NCBI GenBank assembly: GCA_964437705.1
Contig: CAYTHX010000007.1
Coordinates: forward strand, 2,350 to 66,349
DNA: 64,000 nucleotides
Direction of reading: 5' to 3'
Origin: an uncultured Nitrososphaeria archaeon
GTDB taxonomy: Archaea > Thermoproteota > Nitrososphaeria > Geothermarchaeales > JDFR-13
Both the position numbers and the translations under genes were made by a program. Positions 19,910 through 30,416 of this stretch are shown here, one piece after another. The notes under the pieces are model-generated. The model ran no database searches, had not been told where the DNA came from, and worked only from the letters and a program-made list of their open reading frames with translations. How positions within the stretch are numbered: the stretch's first letter is position 1; each line of letters opens with the position of its first letter.

Positions 19910-20686
19910 TTGCAGAACGTATTCTGGCTCGTAGAAAAGGAGGATCTTGAAAAGGAAAAAATGTTAAAACCGCTATTAGTAGCTACACCTGATACAGGGT
20001 TAATTTCAATTATTGCGGCAGCGCATCTAGTACAGTCCTTAAATGCTAGGTTAATAGGATATGTCGATGCAGATTGGATACCGCCTATCTCCATAATTTC
20101 TAATGGTGATCCGATGTTGCCTATCAGAATATATGCTACAAATCACGTTGATATATTGTTGTCCGAAACCCCTTTGTTGCCGGCTCATTGGAGAAAATTT
20201 GCTGAGATTACCCATTCAATTGCTTCTGATCTATCTAGCTCTCTCATTATTGGTGCAGTGGGCATACCAAATTTAAAAAGAGCAGATATAACAGACATCT
20301 CTAACCTAAGGATTTTCTATATAGGAAAATATTTAGAGTCTAAAAATATTAGAGATGTTGTGAGGAGTGTATATGAATCAGGTACAAAATTTACTGGTAC
20401 TTTAGCTGGTCCATACTCAGCACTTGCAAATATTTTCATAAGAAATAATATGCCTTTCTTATATATCTTAGTAGATAGCTATCCAGACTACCCTGATCCG
20501 GAAGCTGCTGCTAAATTTATTCATGAGCTAAACAAGTTTATGGAAATTAATGTGGATACAAAGTCCCTAATTGAGAAAGGGTCTGAAATTAGATTAATGG
20601 CTCGGCAACTTGCATTACAAACAAGAAGACAGCAAATAGCTGCTGGACAGAAAACTGGTAGTCCACCGGTTGGTATGTATGTATAA
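19910..20686 (+). CDS. Proteasome assembly chaperone family (PAC2) protein
   Basis: PDTGLISIIAAAHL, DYPDPEAA, C-terminal GMYV HbYX motif. Confidence 0.85.
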   Translation: MQNVFWLVEKEDLEKEKMLKPLLVATPDTGLISIIAAAHLVQSLNARLIGYVDADWIPPISIISNGDPMLPIRIYATNHVDILLSETPLLPAHWRKFAEITHSIASDLSSSLIIGAVGIPNLKRADITDISNLRIFYIGKYLESKNIRDVVRSVYESGTKFTGTLAGPYSALANIFIRNNMPFLYILVDSYPDYPDPEAAAKFIHELNKFMEINVDTKSLIEKGSEIRLMARQLALQTRRQQIAAGQKTGSPPVGMYV

Positions 20687-20713
20687 AAATATTATATCAT
20701 ATGGTGAGATGCC

Positions 20714-21142
20714 ATGAATGATTATTTTGATGATTTTATTCATGAAATAAGGCGGAGAATAAGAGAGATAGAAAATGAGTTGGAGCAGATGTTTTCTCTG
20801 ACTACATATCCAAAGGATGATCTTGATGAAGAAGCTATAGAGCCGCTAGCGACGCTAAGTGAAACTCCCGATATGGTAGTTGTATCATTTGATATGCCAT
20901 TTGTAGACCAAAACAGTATCGAAGCTAAATTACTTGATAACAGACATTTAATGGTTAAAGCTAGAATAAGAAAAACTATCCATTCTTCAAAAATTGATTT
21001 AACATATCCTGAAATGGAGTTTAAGAATTACAAGTGTATCTTGAAATTGCCATCTCGTGTTAAGAAAATTATGAGATTATCAGTTAGAAGAGATGTCCTA
21101 ACTATATATTTAATGAAGGAGAGTATTTCGACAGATTGGTGA
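20714..21142 (+). CDS. hsp20: Hsp20/alpha-crystallin family small heat shock protein
   Basis: IEPLATLSETPDMVVVSFDMPFVD...ILKLPSRV...DVLTIYL. Confidence 0.75.
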   Translation: MNDYFDDFIHEIRRRIREIENELEQMFSLTTYPKDDLDEEAIEPLATLSETPDMVVVSFDMPFVDQNSIEAKLLDNRHLMVKARIRKTIHSSKIDLTYPEMEFKNYKCILKLPSRVKKIMRLSVRRDVLTIYLMKESISTDW

Positions 21143-21150
21143 TAATTTAA

Positions 21151-21675
21151 ATGGTTACTTCACTAGTTATAGGGAGATTTCAGCCATTCCATAAAGGCCA
21201 CGTACATGTAATCAAGTATGTCTATAAGAGAAGCGATAGGATTATAATAGGTATAGGGAGCGCTCTCGAATCACATACAGCTAGGAATCCATTTACCGCT
21301 GGTGAGAGACTGGAAATGATTCTTTTGGGGTTAGAAGAGCAGGGACTAAATCTTGGGAAGTTTCTCATCATTCCCATTCCAGATGCACCTTTCCATAGGC
21401 AGTGGATATCCATAGTAGAAACTTTAACTCCGCCATTCGATGTGGTATACTCAAATGAACCGCTGACTCGTACATTATTCCTAGAAGCGGGTTATAGAGT
21501 CGAGAGTATTCCATTTATTAATCGTAGAGTTTATTCTGGTGAGGAGTTTAGAAGAAGAGTTTTAGAAGGCGGTGACTGGAAAGAGATTGTTACTCCTAAA
21601 ATAGCCAATTTTTTGCTTAAGCATGGTCTAATTATGAGGATTAAGAATTTATCTTTATCCGATAAAGTGAGGTGA
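21151..21675 (+). CDS. nadM: Nicotinamide-nucleotide adenylyltransferase
   Basis: GRFQPFHKGH, RNPFTAGER, SGEEFRRR. Confidence 0.93.
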   Translation: MVTSLVIGRFQPFHKGHVHVIKYVYKRSDRIIIGIGSALESHTARNPFTAGERLEMILLGLEEQGLNLGKFLIIPIPDAPFHRQWISIVETLTPPFDVVYSNEPLTRTLFLEAGYRVESIPFINRRVYSGEEFRRRVLEGGDWKEIVTPKIANFLLKHGLIMRIKNLSLSDKVR

Positions 21676-21682
21676 AAGTATC

Positions 21683-22870
21683 GTGTATTATCTAGAATAT
21701 GATCCACTATTGATGTTACCAGGGCCCACAAATGTATCTAAAGAGGTATATCTAGCTATGATAAGACCTATTATAAATCATAGAGGTAAACACTTTCGAG
21801 AACTGTATGTATCACTCATAGAAAAATTGAAAAAAGTCCTAAATACTAAAAATATGGTTATCCCGTTAACTGCTTCTGGGACAGGAGCGATTGAAGCAGT
21901 TATAAGTACTTTCTTTAAGAAAGGGGACAGAATTCTCATTTTGAACCATGGAATTTTTGGTGAACGGGCTGGTCAGATTGCGCAAAGAAAAGAGATAATC
22001 GTGGATTATCTGAATGCAAAGATGGGTGATGCTGTATCTCCTGAGATCTTAGAGAACCATCTTGATTCAAATCCCGGTAAATATAAAGCTGTTTATATTG
22101 TCTATAATGAGACATCTACCGGTGTAACTGCAAGACCACTTGAATCTTATCTAAAAATTGCTAAAAACCACGATTTAATAACGATTGTTGACGCTATATC
22201 TATAGTTGGTGGGGATTTTTTATATGTAGACAAGTGGAAAATCGACGTGTGTATAGGTGGATCTCAAAAGGCATTAGCAGCGCCGCCTGTAATCTCTTTT
22301 GTTAGTGTAAGTGATGAGGTGCTAGAGAGGACTAGAGATGTGAATCCGTCTTCACTGTATTTTGATTTAAGGAACTATATAAGGTGGTATGAGGAAAGGA
22401 GAGAGCCTCCGGCAACTCCTGCGATTCCATTATTTTATGCGCTAGATAAAGCGTTGGATAGAGTCCTTAGTGAAGGATTAGCTAATAGAATCCAGAGGCA
22501 TGTTGCAGCTGCTAAATCGTTTTATATGGCACTTGAGGATTGTGGTTTAAAAATTTTGCCTAAGCGTCAATATCGTTCTAATACAGTTATTGCTGTAAAA
22601 ACTCCAAGTAATATAAAACCAAGTGAAATTATTAGGATGCTTGCTGATTATTATAATATACATATAGCTGGTGGTCTGGGCGGCCTTAAAGGGAAGATTT
22701 TTAGAATAGGATCGATGGGTGATATAAACTTACAGTTTATAATTAGAACATTATATGCTATCTTTGACATACTAAAACGGTTAGGTCTAGACATAAAAAC
22801 TTATGAAGCAGTAGCAAAAGCTACTGAAATCTATAATGAGGTGATTGGAAATGGTGATAAAGGAAGGTGA
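21683..22870 (+). CDS. Class V PLP aminotransferase (alanine-glyoxylate/serine-pyruvate type)
   Basis: LLMLPGPT, YNETSTGV, VDAISIVGG, GGSQKALAAPP, FRIGSMG. Confidence 0.9.
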   Translation: MYYLEYDPLLMLPGPTNVSKEVYLAMIRPIINHRGKHFRELYVSLIEKLKKVLNTKNMVIPLTASGTGAIEAVISTFFKKGDRILILNHGIFGERAGQIAQRKEIIVDYLNAKMGDAVSPEILENHLDSNPGKYKAVYIVYNETSTGVTARPLESYLKIAKNHDLITIVDAISIVGGDFLYVDKWKIDVCIGGSQKALAAPPVISFVSVSDEVLERTRDVNPSSLYFDLRNYIRWYEERREPPATPAIPLFYALDKALDRVLSEGLANRIQRHVAAAKSFYMALEDCGLKILPKRQYRSNTVIAVKTPSNIKPSEIIRMLADYYNIHIAGGLGGLKGKIFRIGSMGDINLQFIIRTLYAIFDILKRLGLDIKTYEAVAKATEIYNEVIGNGDKGR

Positions 22871-23588
22871 CATAGTATTTATAGATTATGTGGGATATAT
22901 AGCAGATAGTAATGAAGTATTTGACACAACTATCGAGGAGGAGGCAAAGAAAGCAGGTATTTATAAAGCTGATTATACTTATGAGCCTGTTATCGTAGCT
23001 GTTGGAAAAGGGTGGGTAATTAAAGGATTAGAAGAGTCTCTTGTCGGGAAAAAAGAGGGTGACGAATATACAGTTGAGATACCAGCTGAAAAAGGATATG
23101 GTGAGCGTGATCCTAAGAAAATTAAAGTTTTTACAGAGAAGCGGCTGAGAGAGCTTGGCGTTAAAGGAAGAATTGCTCCTGGTGAAGTGATATTAGTTAA
23201 TAATGTTCCTGCTGTTGTACGGGTAGTGAGTGGAGGTAGAGTACTGGTAGATTTCAATCCGCCGTTAGCTGGAAAAACGTTAAGATATAAAGTAACTGTG
23301 AAAAAGATATGTAAGTCTCTGAGAGAGAAAATCAAGGCAATAATACAGAGAAGAAGTAAAGAGATTCTTAGTAATGCAAAAATTAAAATTAGTGAAAAAA
23401 TGGGGATTGTTGAAGTTTCACTAGGAGATTATACGCTAAAGAATCCTACATTAAGTATAACTAAGAAGGATATTGCCGAGGATATATTATCAGTAATTGA
23501 TAAGATTAATAAGGTTAAGTTTATAGAAGAAGTGGCTAGGGAGGAACCACAGAAACAAGTACAAGGCGCCGGCCAAGAGGACACTTAA
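22845..23588 (+). CDS. Long-type archaeal FKBP peptidyl-prolyl isomerase
   Basis: VFDTT, GWVIKGLEE, GYGERDP, VDFNPPLAGKTL. Confidence 0.93.
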   Translation: MEMVIKEGDIVFIDYVGYIADSNEVFDTTIEEEAKKAGIYKADYTYEPVIVAVGKGWVIKGLEESLVGKKEGDEYTVEIPAEKGYGERDPKKIKVFTEKRLRELGVKGRIAPGEVILVNNVPAVVRVVSGGRVLVDFNPPLAGKTLRYKVTVKKICKSLREKIKAIIQRRSKEILSNAKIKISEKMGIVEVSLGDYTLKNPTLSITKKDIAEDILSVIDKINKVKFIEEVAREEPQKQVQGAGQEDT

Positions 23589-24012
23589 TTTTATTATGAA
23601 TATCAAGTATTCTTAACTGCTCCCCCTCATAAATGCTATACGGGAAGCAGTATTTTCTATTATTACAGTCTATTATTGAACAGGTAACTTTATGGTACCT
23701 TATAATTATATTTCTAATAGCTGTGTTACAGGGTATAGATATAATTATTGGCTTCAGAGATACAGAAACTGGTATTAAATCTTCACCTGTCAGTAAGCAT
23801 TTTCCAACAGGAATTTTTCTAACTACTCCTTTAACGACATAGATCTTATTGGGAATTAATTTTGACATACATACGTCATAGAATTTACATGTTATGCAAG
23901 CACTATTACTAGATACTCTAAATGAGTATCCTTCTTTTGCGATTCTCTTTGGGAGAAGCGTTATAATTTGCTTAAGAGTATCAGTATTATTTTCCTGATT
24001 TTCTATTTTCAT
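23536..24012 (-). CDS. UPF0179 family protein
   Basis: ITLLPKRIAKEGYSF, C..CKFYDVC, Cys-rich C-terminus (KCPLGRRL); adjacent to egsA as in other archaea. Confidence 0.75.
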   Translation of the reverse strand: MKIENQENNTDTLKQIITLLPKRIAKEGYSFRVSSNSACITCKFYDVCMSKLIPNKIYVVKGVVRKIPVGKCLLTGEDLIPVSVSLKPIIISIPCNTAIRNIIIRYHKVTCSIIDCNNRKYCFPYSIYEGEQLRILDIHNKIKCPLGRRLVLVSVVPP

Positions 24013-24024
24013 AGTTGCTAAAAA

Positions 24025-25116
24025 TCAAATAATACCTACTTCTTTTATTACTTTTTTAGCAAATCTCTCATCCATCTTTACTTCATTGAGAATTGTATAT
24101 CTGTCTGGGCGAACAGCCGTAGCGTTAACCAACGCCTTAACAATGTTTTTCCCACTAATCCCTAACTCTTCAGCATTTGTAGGAGCACCTGCATTCTTGA
24201 GTGCTCTAACTATTTTTTCATAGCTAATTTTGTGTAGATACGCCATTATAATCGTTCCTACGCCACACTGCTCGCCATGTAATGCATGTTCATTTGAGTA
24301 TATATCTAGTGCATGACTAAATAAATGTTCAGAGCCACTACAAGGTCTACTACTTCCCGCTATTCCCGCGGCTACACCAGAGCTTATCAACGCTTCTACC
24401 AATACTCTTATACTGTCTTTATCATATCTACCAATACCTGTAGAATGCTTAATTACCATTTTAGCACTAAGTAATGCAAGATTAGCAGCGTAATCGCCAT
24501 AATACTCATTTCTCCTTATTTTAGCCAGATACCAGTCCTTTACAGCAGTAATTTTTGCTATTATATCCCCTACTCCACTTGCTATAAGCCTTTTAGGAGC
24601 TGATGCTACAACTTCGATATCAACGATTATCCCTACCGGAGGTTTTGTTAGATATGAATAAGCTTGCTTAGAGTCTCTGATTGAAACAAATTGTGAAGCT
24701 ATTCCGTCATGAGAAGGTGCCGTCGGTATACTAATAAACTTACTTCCTAACTTATATGATATCATCTTAGCAACGTCTATTGACTTACCACCACCCATCC
24801 CTATTATGTACTCAACTTTTCTGTGTCGCTTTAATATCGAATTATAAATTTCATTAATTGTATCCCAACTTGCTTCATAAACAAAATATTTCGGAATTTT
24901 GTCTATTTTGTCAATTCCATTAGAAATTTCGTCATAATATTTTTTAAATACATGTGGACCAGTGATCAATACGATATTTTTGCTGCTACTAAGAGGTTGA
25001 TATATCTCTGAAAGTTTTCTTAAGATGTTATTTCCAACTATTACGGTTTTTGGGAGTTCCATCTTATGTATGTTCATGCTACTTTTCCTCTTAATTAAAA
25101 TAATTACCTTGGTCAA
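24025..25116 (-). CDS. egsA: Glycerol-1-phosphate dehydrogenase [NAD(P)+] (true start may be the ATG of MNIHKM)
   Basis: GGGKSIDVAK, PTAPSHDGIAS, SRPCSGSEHLFSHALD, LHGEQCG. Confidence 0.96.
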   Translation of the reverse strand: MTKVIILIKRKSSMNIHKMELPKTVIVGNNILRKLSEIYQPLSSSKNIVLITGPHVFKKYYDEISNGIDKIDKIPKYFVYEASWDTINEIYNSILKRHRKVEYIIGMGGGKSIDVAKMISYKLGSKFISIPTAPSHDGIASQFVSIRDSKQAYSYLTKPPVGIIVDIEVVASAPKRLIASGVGDIIAKITAVKDWYLAKIRRNEYYGDYAANLALLSAKMVIKHSTGIGRYDKDSIRVLVEALISSGVAAGIAGSSRPCSGSEHLFSHALDIYSNEHALHGEQCGVGTIIMAYLHKISYEKIVRALKNAGAPTNAEELGISGKNIVKALVNATAVRPDRYTILNEVKMDERFAKKVIKEVGII

Positions 25117-25285
25117 AATAAATAAGAAATAACAAATTCTATAGTGCCATTAAAGCAACTTATCAAGAATTTTTGGATATTCTATACTAATTTAAAACTT
25201 TGAATTAAGAATATCCTTTTTATTTATGGGGAAATATTTATTTACCTGAGCCTTATGTATTATAGGTGAATATTTTTAAAATTTA

Positions 25286-25960
25286 ATGGAGGAATTTGGA
25301 GTTATGGTTCTCAATCCAGATAAAATAAGAGATATCTTAAAAACTGGTACAACAACTGTTGCTATTAAATGTAGAGATGGAATAGTATTAGGCGCAGATA
25401 CTAGAGTAACTACAGGTTACTTTATTGCACATAAGCATGGAAAGAAGATTCATATGATTACACCATATATAGCAGTAACTATTGCTGGTGTTGTAGCCGA
25501 TGCACAAGCAATAATTAACCTTATGAAATATAATGTTAACCTATACGAGGTAAGGTTAAATAAGAAAATGACCGCGAAATCTGCTGCTAGACTTTTATCC
25601 CTTATATTATTTAACAATAGGTTATTCCCTTATATTACTGAGCTAATAATAGCTGGCAAAGATATGGATGGTTTCAGCATATACAAATTAGATCCGTTTG
25701 GATCTTTAATTAAGGACGATATAGTAGCTACGGGATCTGGATCTACAGTGGCTATAGGTGTTTTAGAGTCTGAGTATAAAAGTGATATAACTATAGAGGA
25801 AGGTGTTAAATTGGTAGTGAAGGCGTTATTAGCAGCTATCAGAAGAGACACTGCTAGCGGAGATGATATAGACGTAGCTATTATAAATGATGCTGGTTTT
25901 AGAGAATTGTCAAGAGAAGAGAAAAAGGAGGTTATAAGTAAAATCGGTGCTAGTAAATGA
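25286..25960 (+). CDS. psmB: Proteasome beta subunit
   Basis: Propeptide then KTG|TTTVAI; GSGS; RDTASGD. Confidence 0.97.
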   Translation: MEEFGVMVLNPDKIRDILKTGTTTVAIKCRDGIVLGADTRVTTGYFIAHKHGKKIHMITPYIAVTIAGVVADAQAIINLMKYNVNLYEVRLNKKMTAKSAARLLSLILFNNRLFPYITELIIAGKDMDGFSIYKLDPFGSLIKDDIVATGSGSTVAIGVLESEYKSDITIEEGVKLVVKALLAAIRRDTASGDDIDVAIINDAGFRELSREEKKEVISKIGASK

Positions 25961-27945
25961 ACATTAGCTACCCAAGTAGCTCGAGAAACACGCATAAAAA
26001 AAGGCAGAGTGCAGTACGTGATATTCTTATAACGGTAAAAGAGGATATTGAACAATTTCTACCTCGTGAAGCACGTGTTACGAGAGTACGTTTCGAGGGT
26101 CCTTATATTGCAATTTACACCGATAAGCCAGAGCTTTTAATACGTAATTCTGCGATATTATCACATATAGCATCGAGGATTAAAAAGAGAGTAGTGTTAA
26201 GAATTGAAGACTCAGAAAGAGAAAAAGTATCAATTGAAGAAGCAGAAAAGATTATTAGAAAGTTATTAGCTAGTGAAAAAGTAACTGACATAGAGATATT
26301 TTTTGATGAAACTATTGGTGAGGTATTAATATTTGTAGGAAAGTATATACCAGGTAGTGTATTAGATAAATTGGTCACTGAGATTGTCACGCTGGCTAAA
26401 AGAATACCAAAATTTAGGTTCTATAAGGGTGAAATTCCATCGACACTAAGAAAAATATATGACTTAATACTACCACCTATTAAAGCGTCACCTAGCCGTA
26501 AAGCTGAGCGACTTAATTATCTAAGCAGACTAAGCGATAGGATTTTCAGAGAACCACAAGTAAATCCAAGCAAATATATAAGAATCAGTATGCTTGGAGG
26601 AGCTATGGAGGTAGGAAGATCAGCAATTTTAGTATCGACTGCGGAAAGTAATATTCTCATAGACTTTGGGATGAAAACTGGAGTTTCAGGGGAGGAAATG
26701 TATCCGCGGATTGATCTATTCAATATTAATCTCGACGATATAGATGCTGTAATATTAACACACGCGCATCTAGATCACTCTGGATTAATTCCATTCTTAT
26801 ATAAGCATGGATATAGAGGTCCAGTATATATGACTGAACCTACATTGCCACTTACTGTTTTGCTACTAGAAGATCTAATTAATGTAAGTGAAAGAAGTGG
26901 TGTTAGATACTTACCGTTCAGATATGAGGATATTAAGACGATGATTAAACATACAATAACCCTAAGGTATAAGCAAGTTACTGACATCTCTCCAGATATT
27001 AAGCTTACGTTCTTTAATGCAGGTCATATACTCGGTTCAGCATTAGTGCATCTACATATTACAGAAGGAGTGCTGAACATGGTATTTACAGGTGATTTTA
27101 AGTATGCACCTACAAAATTATTGGATCCGGCGCATTCAAGTTTTACCAGAGCTGAAATTTTAATAATGGAAAGTACATATGGTGGTAGAGAGGACATAAC
27201 AAATCGTATTGAGAGTGAAGAGGAATTAAAGAGAATTATAAATGAAACTGTTAAAGATAGTGGGAAGATTTTAATTCCCGTCCCCGCCGTCGGCCGAGCT
27301 CAGGAGATGATTCTTGTTCTTAAGGATCTACTCGAAAGAAAGGAGATTCCTGATATACCAATATTTATTGATGGGATGATTGAGGAAAGTAATCTTATAC
27401 ACTCAATGTATATTGATTATCTTTCAAGTAAGCTAAGAAGAGTTTTTATGGAAGAGGATCAAAATCCTTTTTATCATGAGAATATAGTGCCTATAAAAAG
27501 CTCTAAGGATAGAGATGAAGCGCTTTTCGGCGGTCCAGCTATCATACTATCCACATCTGGTATGATGCAGGGTGGACCCGTTCTAGAATACTTTAAGGTA
27601 CTTGCAAATGATCCTAAAAATAGGCTTGTATTTGTCACTTATCAGGTAGCTGGAACGCTTGGTAGGCGAATTGTTGATGGTGCAAGATCTGTAACTATTC
27701 ATGAAAACGGTAAACTAGTTCCGATAAGGATAGAAATGCAGATACATAGACTTGAAGGTTTTACGGGACATAGCGATAGAAAACAGTTAGTCTCATATGC
27801 AAAGAGATTATCAAAACTCACAAAATCCATATATTTGGTACATGGTGAGCCAGAAAAGATACTTGATTTGGCCTCTACTTTAAAAAAGGTTATCAAAGCA
27901 GATATAGAGACCCCACATCTCTATTCAACAGTATATCTAAAGTAA
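25957..27945 (+). CDS. fttA: beta-CASP ribonuclease aCPSF1/FttA (transcription termination factor)
   Basis: N-terminal KH region (RFEGPYIAIY), THAHLDH, AGHILGS, GFTGHSD, HGE. Confidence 0.95.
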   Translation: MNISYPSSSRNTHKKRQSAVRDILITVKEDIEQFLPREARVTRVRFEGPYIAIYTDKPELLIRNSAILSHIASRIKKRVVLRIEDSEREKVSIEEAEKIIRKLLASEKVTDIEIFFDETIGEVLIFVGKYIPGSVLDKLVTEIVTLAKRIPKFRFYKGEIPSTLRKIYDLILPPIKASPSRKAERLNYLSRLSDRIFREPQVNPSKYIRISMLGGAMEVGRSAILVSTAESNILIDFGMKTGVSGEEMYPRIDLFNINLDDIDAVILTHAHLDHSGLIPFLYKHGYRGPVYMTEPTLPLTVLLLEDLINVSERSGVRYLPFRYEDIKTMIKHTITLRYKQVTDISPDIKLTFFNAGHILGSALVHLHITEGVLNMVFTGDFKYAPTKLLDPAHSSFTRAEILIMESTYGGREDITNRIESEEELKRIINETVKDSGKILIPVPAVGRAQEMILVLKDLLERKEIPDIPIFIDGMIEESNLIHSMYIDYLSSKLRRVFMEEDQNPFYHENIVPIKSSKDRDEALFGGPAIILSTSGMMQGGPVLEYFKVLANDPKNRLVFVTYQVAGTLGRRIVDGARSVTIHENGKLVPIRIEMQIHRLEGFTGHSDRKQLVSYAKRLSKLTKSIYLVHGEPEKILDLASTLKKVIKADIETPHLYSTVYLK

Positions 27946-28117
27946 GTAACATATTTCAGATTAACTTTAGATTGATGCTGCATTCTCCATCGTTACCATT
28001 ATTACGAGTAGTTCAAGAGGGACAATGATATCTTAAGTATAATATCACTATTAAGTAAAAAATATTAAAGGCTTTTTTACCAAAATACTAATAATATGGA
28101 ATAGAGATATGGTAGAT

Positions 28118-28210
28118 GCGGCCGTAGTCTAGCCTGGTAGGACGCCGACTTTAGGGGGCGTAAGCCTGCCACGCCGGCGGTCCCGGGTTCAAATCCCGGC
28201 GGCCGCACCA
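28118..28210 (+). tRNA. tRNA-Gly(GCC) with 16-nt intron at 29/30 (28148..28163); CCA encoded
   Basis: Acceptor GCGGCCG/CGGCCGC, T-arm CCGGG-TTCAAAT-CCCGG; removing the intron restores CCGGC-CT-GCC-AC-GCCGG; BHB present. Confidence 0.93.
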
Positions 28211-28213
28211 GTC

Positions 28214-28220
28214 CTTTTTT
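28214..28220 (+). terminator. Oligo-T tract after tRNA-Gly and opposite the glyA 3' end, putative archaeal terminator
   Basis: gtcctttttt immediately 3' of the CCA. Confidence 0.35.
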
Positions 28221-28240
28221 GCTCATAATTAATTAAAAAG

Positions 28241-29578
28241 CTAAAGTTTAATGTACTTGTATGCTTCAAAGTCCCTATCGAATGAATAATGAATTTTTTG
28301 GAAGCTACCACGGAATTCCGCCACTTCTTTCCTTACCTTTATAGGGTCTTCTCTATCTATAATGACTCTCCTAAAGAATTTTGCTATTTCACGCATTTCG
28401 TCAGGTCCCATACCTAACCTAACCACCTCCTGAACACCTAATCGAATTCCACCTGGATTATCATAGTGTCTTCCCTTTTGAGGATCATCCGGAAGTAGAT
28501 TTCTATTTACAATTATTCCTGATTTTTCAAGTAGTCTCTCTATGTCCCCTCCTAAGCCATACTTAGTAACATCAATTAATACCTGGTGTGATTCTGTGAA
28601 ATCATTCTTCTCACCCATTACCCTAAATCCTTCATTATACAGAGCCTCTGCCAAAGCCTTAGCAGATTTAATTACATTTTTAGCATATTCCTTTCCGTAT
28701 TTTAGCATTTCAAGTGTCGCGATGGCCAATCCAGCAAGTGTAGCAAGGTGATGATTGCTAGTTACACCTGGAAATACCGCTTTCTTCAATCTCTCTGCAT
28801 ATTTGTTGAAGGATAAAATAGCTCCGCGCTGAGGGCCAAAAAATGTTTTGTGAGTAGACATCGAAACTACGTCAACTCCTTCCCTCAGGGGATCTTGAAA
28901 ATAGCCACCTGCTATTAATCCGGCTACATGCGCTGCATCATATGCTATATATATTCCATATGACTTTAAAAAATCTCTCATCTCCTTAATCGGATGTGGA
29001 AATAGGAATACACTTCCACCAAACATTGCTAATTTCGGCCTTCTTCCCTCCCTAGCTAGCCTTTCTATTTTCTTTATACTCTTATCTACATCAATATTAA
29101 ATTCTTCAATGTCAAATTCAAAATATTCGATTCTTAATCCATGAACTAAACCAGCTGCTCCTCCAAATTCTTTTTTCCCCATCGATATATGTCCACCCTT
29201 AGCAACACTCAAAGCCATCATAATATCTCTTGGATTTGTAAACGCTGAGTATACTGCCAAGTTGGCTGTAGTCCCACTTATTGGTCTTACATCTACAAAT
29301 TCCGCTCTATATAACTTCTTCATCAAATCTATAGTAAGTAATTCGACTTTGTCGATGTATTCACACCCAGCGTATATTCTCTCTCCAGGCCACCCCTCTG
29401 CATATCTATGACCAAAATCTGATATTAATGCTTCCTTAACAGATTTACTAACAATATTCTCACTAGCTATAAGGGGTATTATTTCTGAGAACATCTCATG
29501 ATGTTTCTTAAGATAATCAAAAATCTGGTTATAAACTGATATGAATTCATCATTTTTCAATATTGACCCCTCCTCCAA
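28241..29578 (-). CDS. glyA: Serine hydroxymethyltransferase
   Basis: LIASEN, YAEG, YDAAHVAGL, STHKTFFGPQRG (PLP Lys), GIRLG. Confidence 0.97.
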   Translation of the reverse strand: MEEGSILKNDEFISVYNQIFDYLKKHHEMFSEIIPLIASENIVSKSVKEALISDFGHRYAEGWPGERIYAGCEYIDKVELLTIDLMKKLYRAEFVDVRPISGTTANLAVYSAFTNPRDIMMALSVAKGGHISMGKKEFGGAAGLVHGLRIEYFEFDIEEFNIDVDKSIKKIERLAREGRRPKLAMFGGSVFLFPHPIKEMRDFLKSYGIYIAYDAAHVAGLIAGGYFQDPLREGVDVVSMSTHKTFFGPQRGAILSFNKYAERLKKAVFPGVTSNHHLATLAGLAIATLEMLKYGKEYAKNVIKSAKALAEALYNEGFRVMGEKNDFTESHQVLIDVTKYGLGGDIERLLEKSGIIVNRNLLPDDPQKGRHYDNPGGIRLGVQEVVRLGMGPDEMREIAKFFRRVIIDREDPIKVRKEVAEFRGSFQKIHYSFDRDFEAYKYIKL

Positions 29579-29616
29579 TACACTGTAATATATCTTCCAA
29601 ATTTTTAGGAGGAATA

Positions 29617-30021
29617 TTAACTTTCCTCTTTTGTAATTAATTCCCTATATTCATTAGGCTTAAGTAATTCTGTAGATTCTTCTTCCCAGTTTTTAGGCTT
29701 AATTTTAACAATCCATCCATCTTCATATGGGGATTTATTCAAAAGACCTGGATCCTCCAGTAATCTGTCGTTTATATCAAGTATAATACCGGAAATTGGA
29801 GAATATACTTCTGCTACGGATTTTACAGATTCTATCTCGGCGATCACTTGTCCCTTTTTTACTTCCCTATTAATCTCTGGTAGGTCTATGAAAACAATTT
29901 CGTGAAGTAGTGTTTGTGCATAATCTGTAATGCCTACCAACGCGTAGTCATCGTATAACTTAACCCACTCATGCGTTTCTGTATATAATCTATCATCTAG
30001 GATTTTATAACTTGATGTCAT
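29617..30021 (-). CDS. gcvH: Glycine cleavage system H protein
   Basis: YTETHEW, VGITDYAQ, IESVKSVAEVYSP (lipoyl Lys), NKSPYEDGW. Confidence 0.96.
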   Translation of the reverse strand: MTSSYKILDDRLYTETHEWVKLYDDYALVGITDYAQTLLHEIVFIDLPEINREVKKGQVIAEIESVKSVAEVYSPISGIILDINDRLLEDPGLLNKSPYEDGWIVKIKPKNWEEESTELLKPNEYRELITKEES

Positions 30022-30095
30022 TAAAATGATAAATATTTATTTAACAATAAATCCTTTTAATAAGGTCTCAAATATTATGCAAGCCGTATTCCTAT

Positions 30096-30281
30096 CTATT
30101 TTTCATTTTTTGGTACTATCTTTATAACTATTTTTTGTAAATCTCTATTTAAGTCTTTTTTACATCGTGGACACTTTGCTGGTAGCGGGTTAATTAAATT
30201 ATCAATAGACTTAATTGAGTGTGAGTAATAAAATGTATAGTTACAACTTGAACATCTGATTATGAGCCCCATAACTCTCAA
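30096..30281 (-). CDS. Small Zn-ribbon protein (CxxC...CPxC)
   Basis: IRCSSCNYTFY...AKCPRCKKDL; own promoter-like region upstream. Confidence 0.65.
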   Translation of the reverse strand: MRVMGLIIRCSSCNYTFYYSHSIKSIDNLINPLPAKCPRCKKDLNRDLQKIVIKIVPKNEK

Positions 30282-30416
30282 AAATAAAATGATTCTTGAG
30301 ATATAAAATTAAGTACATTAGCATTACTTATATCTTTTGAAATTGAGAGTAACAGTTATATATATGAGACATTATCTATAGATATTACTGTTGATTTTAG
30401 TACTAATTAATAAGGG

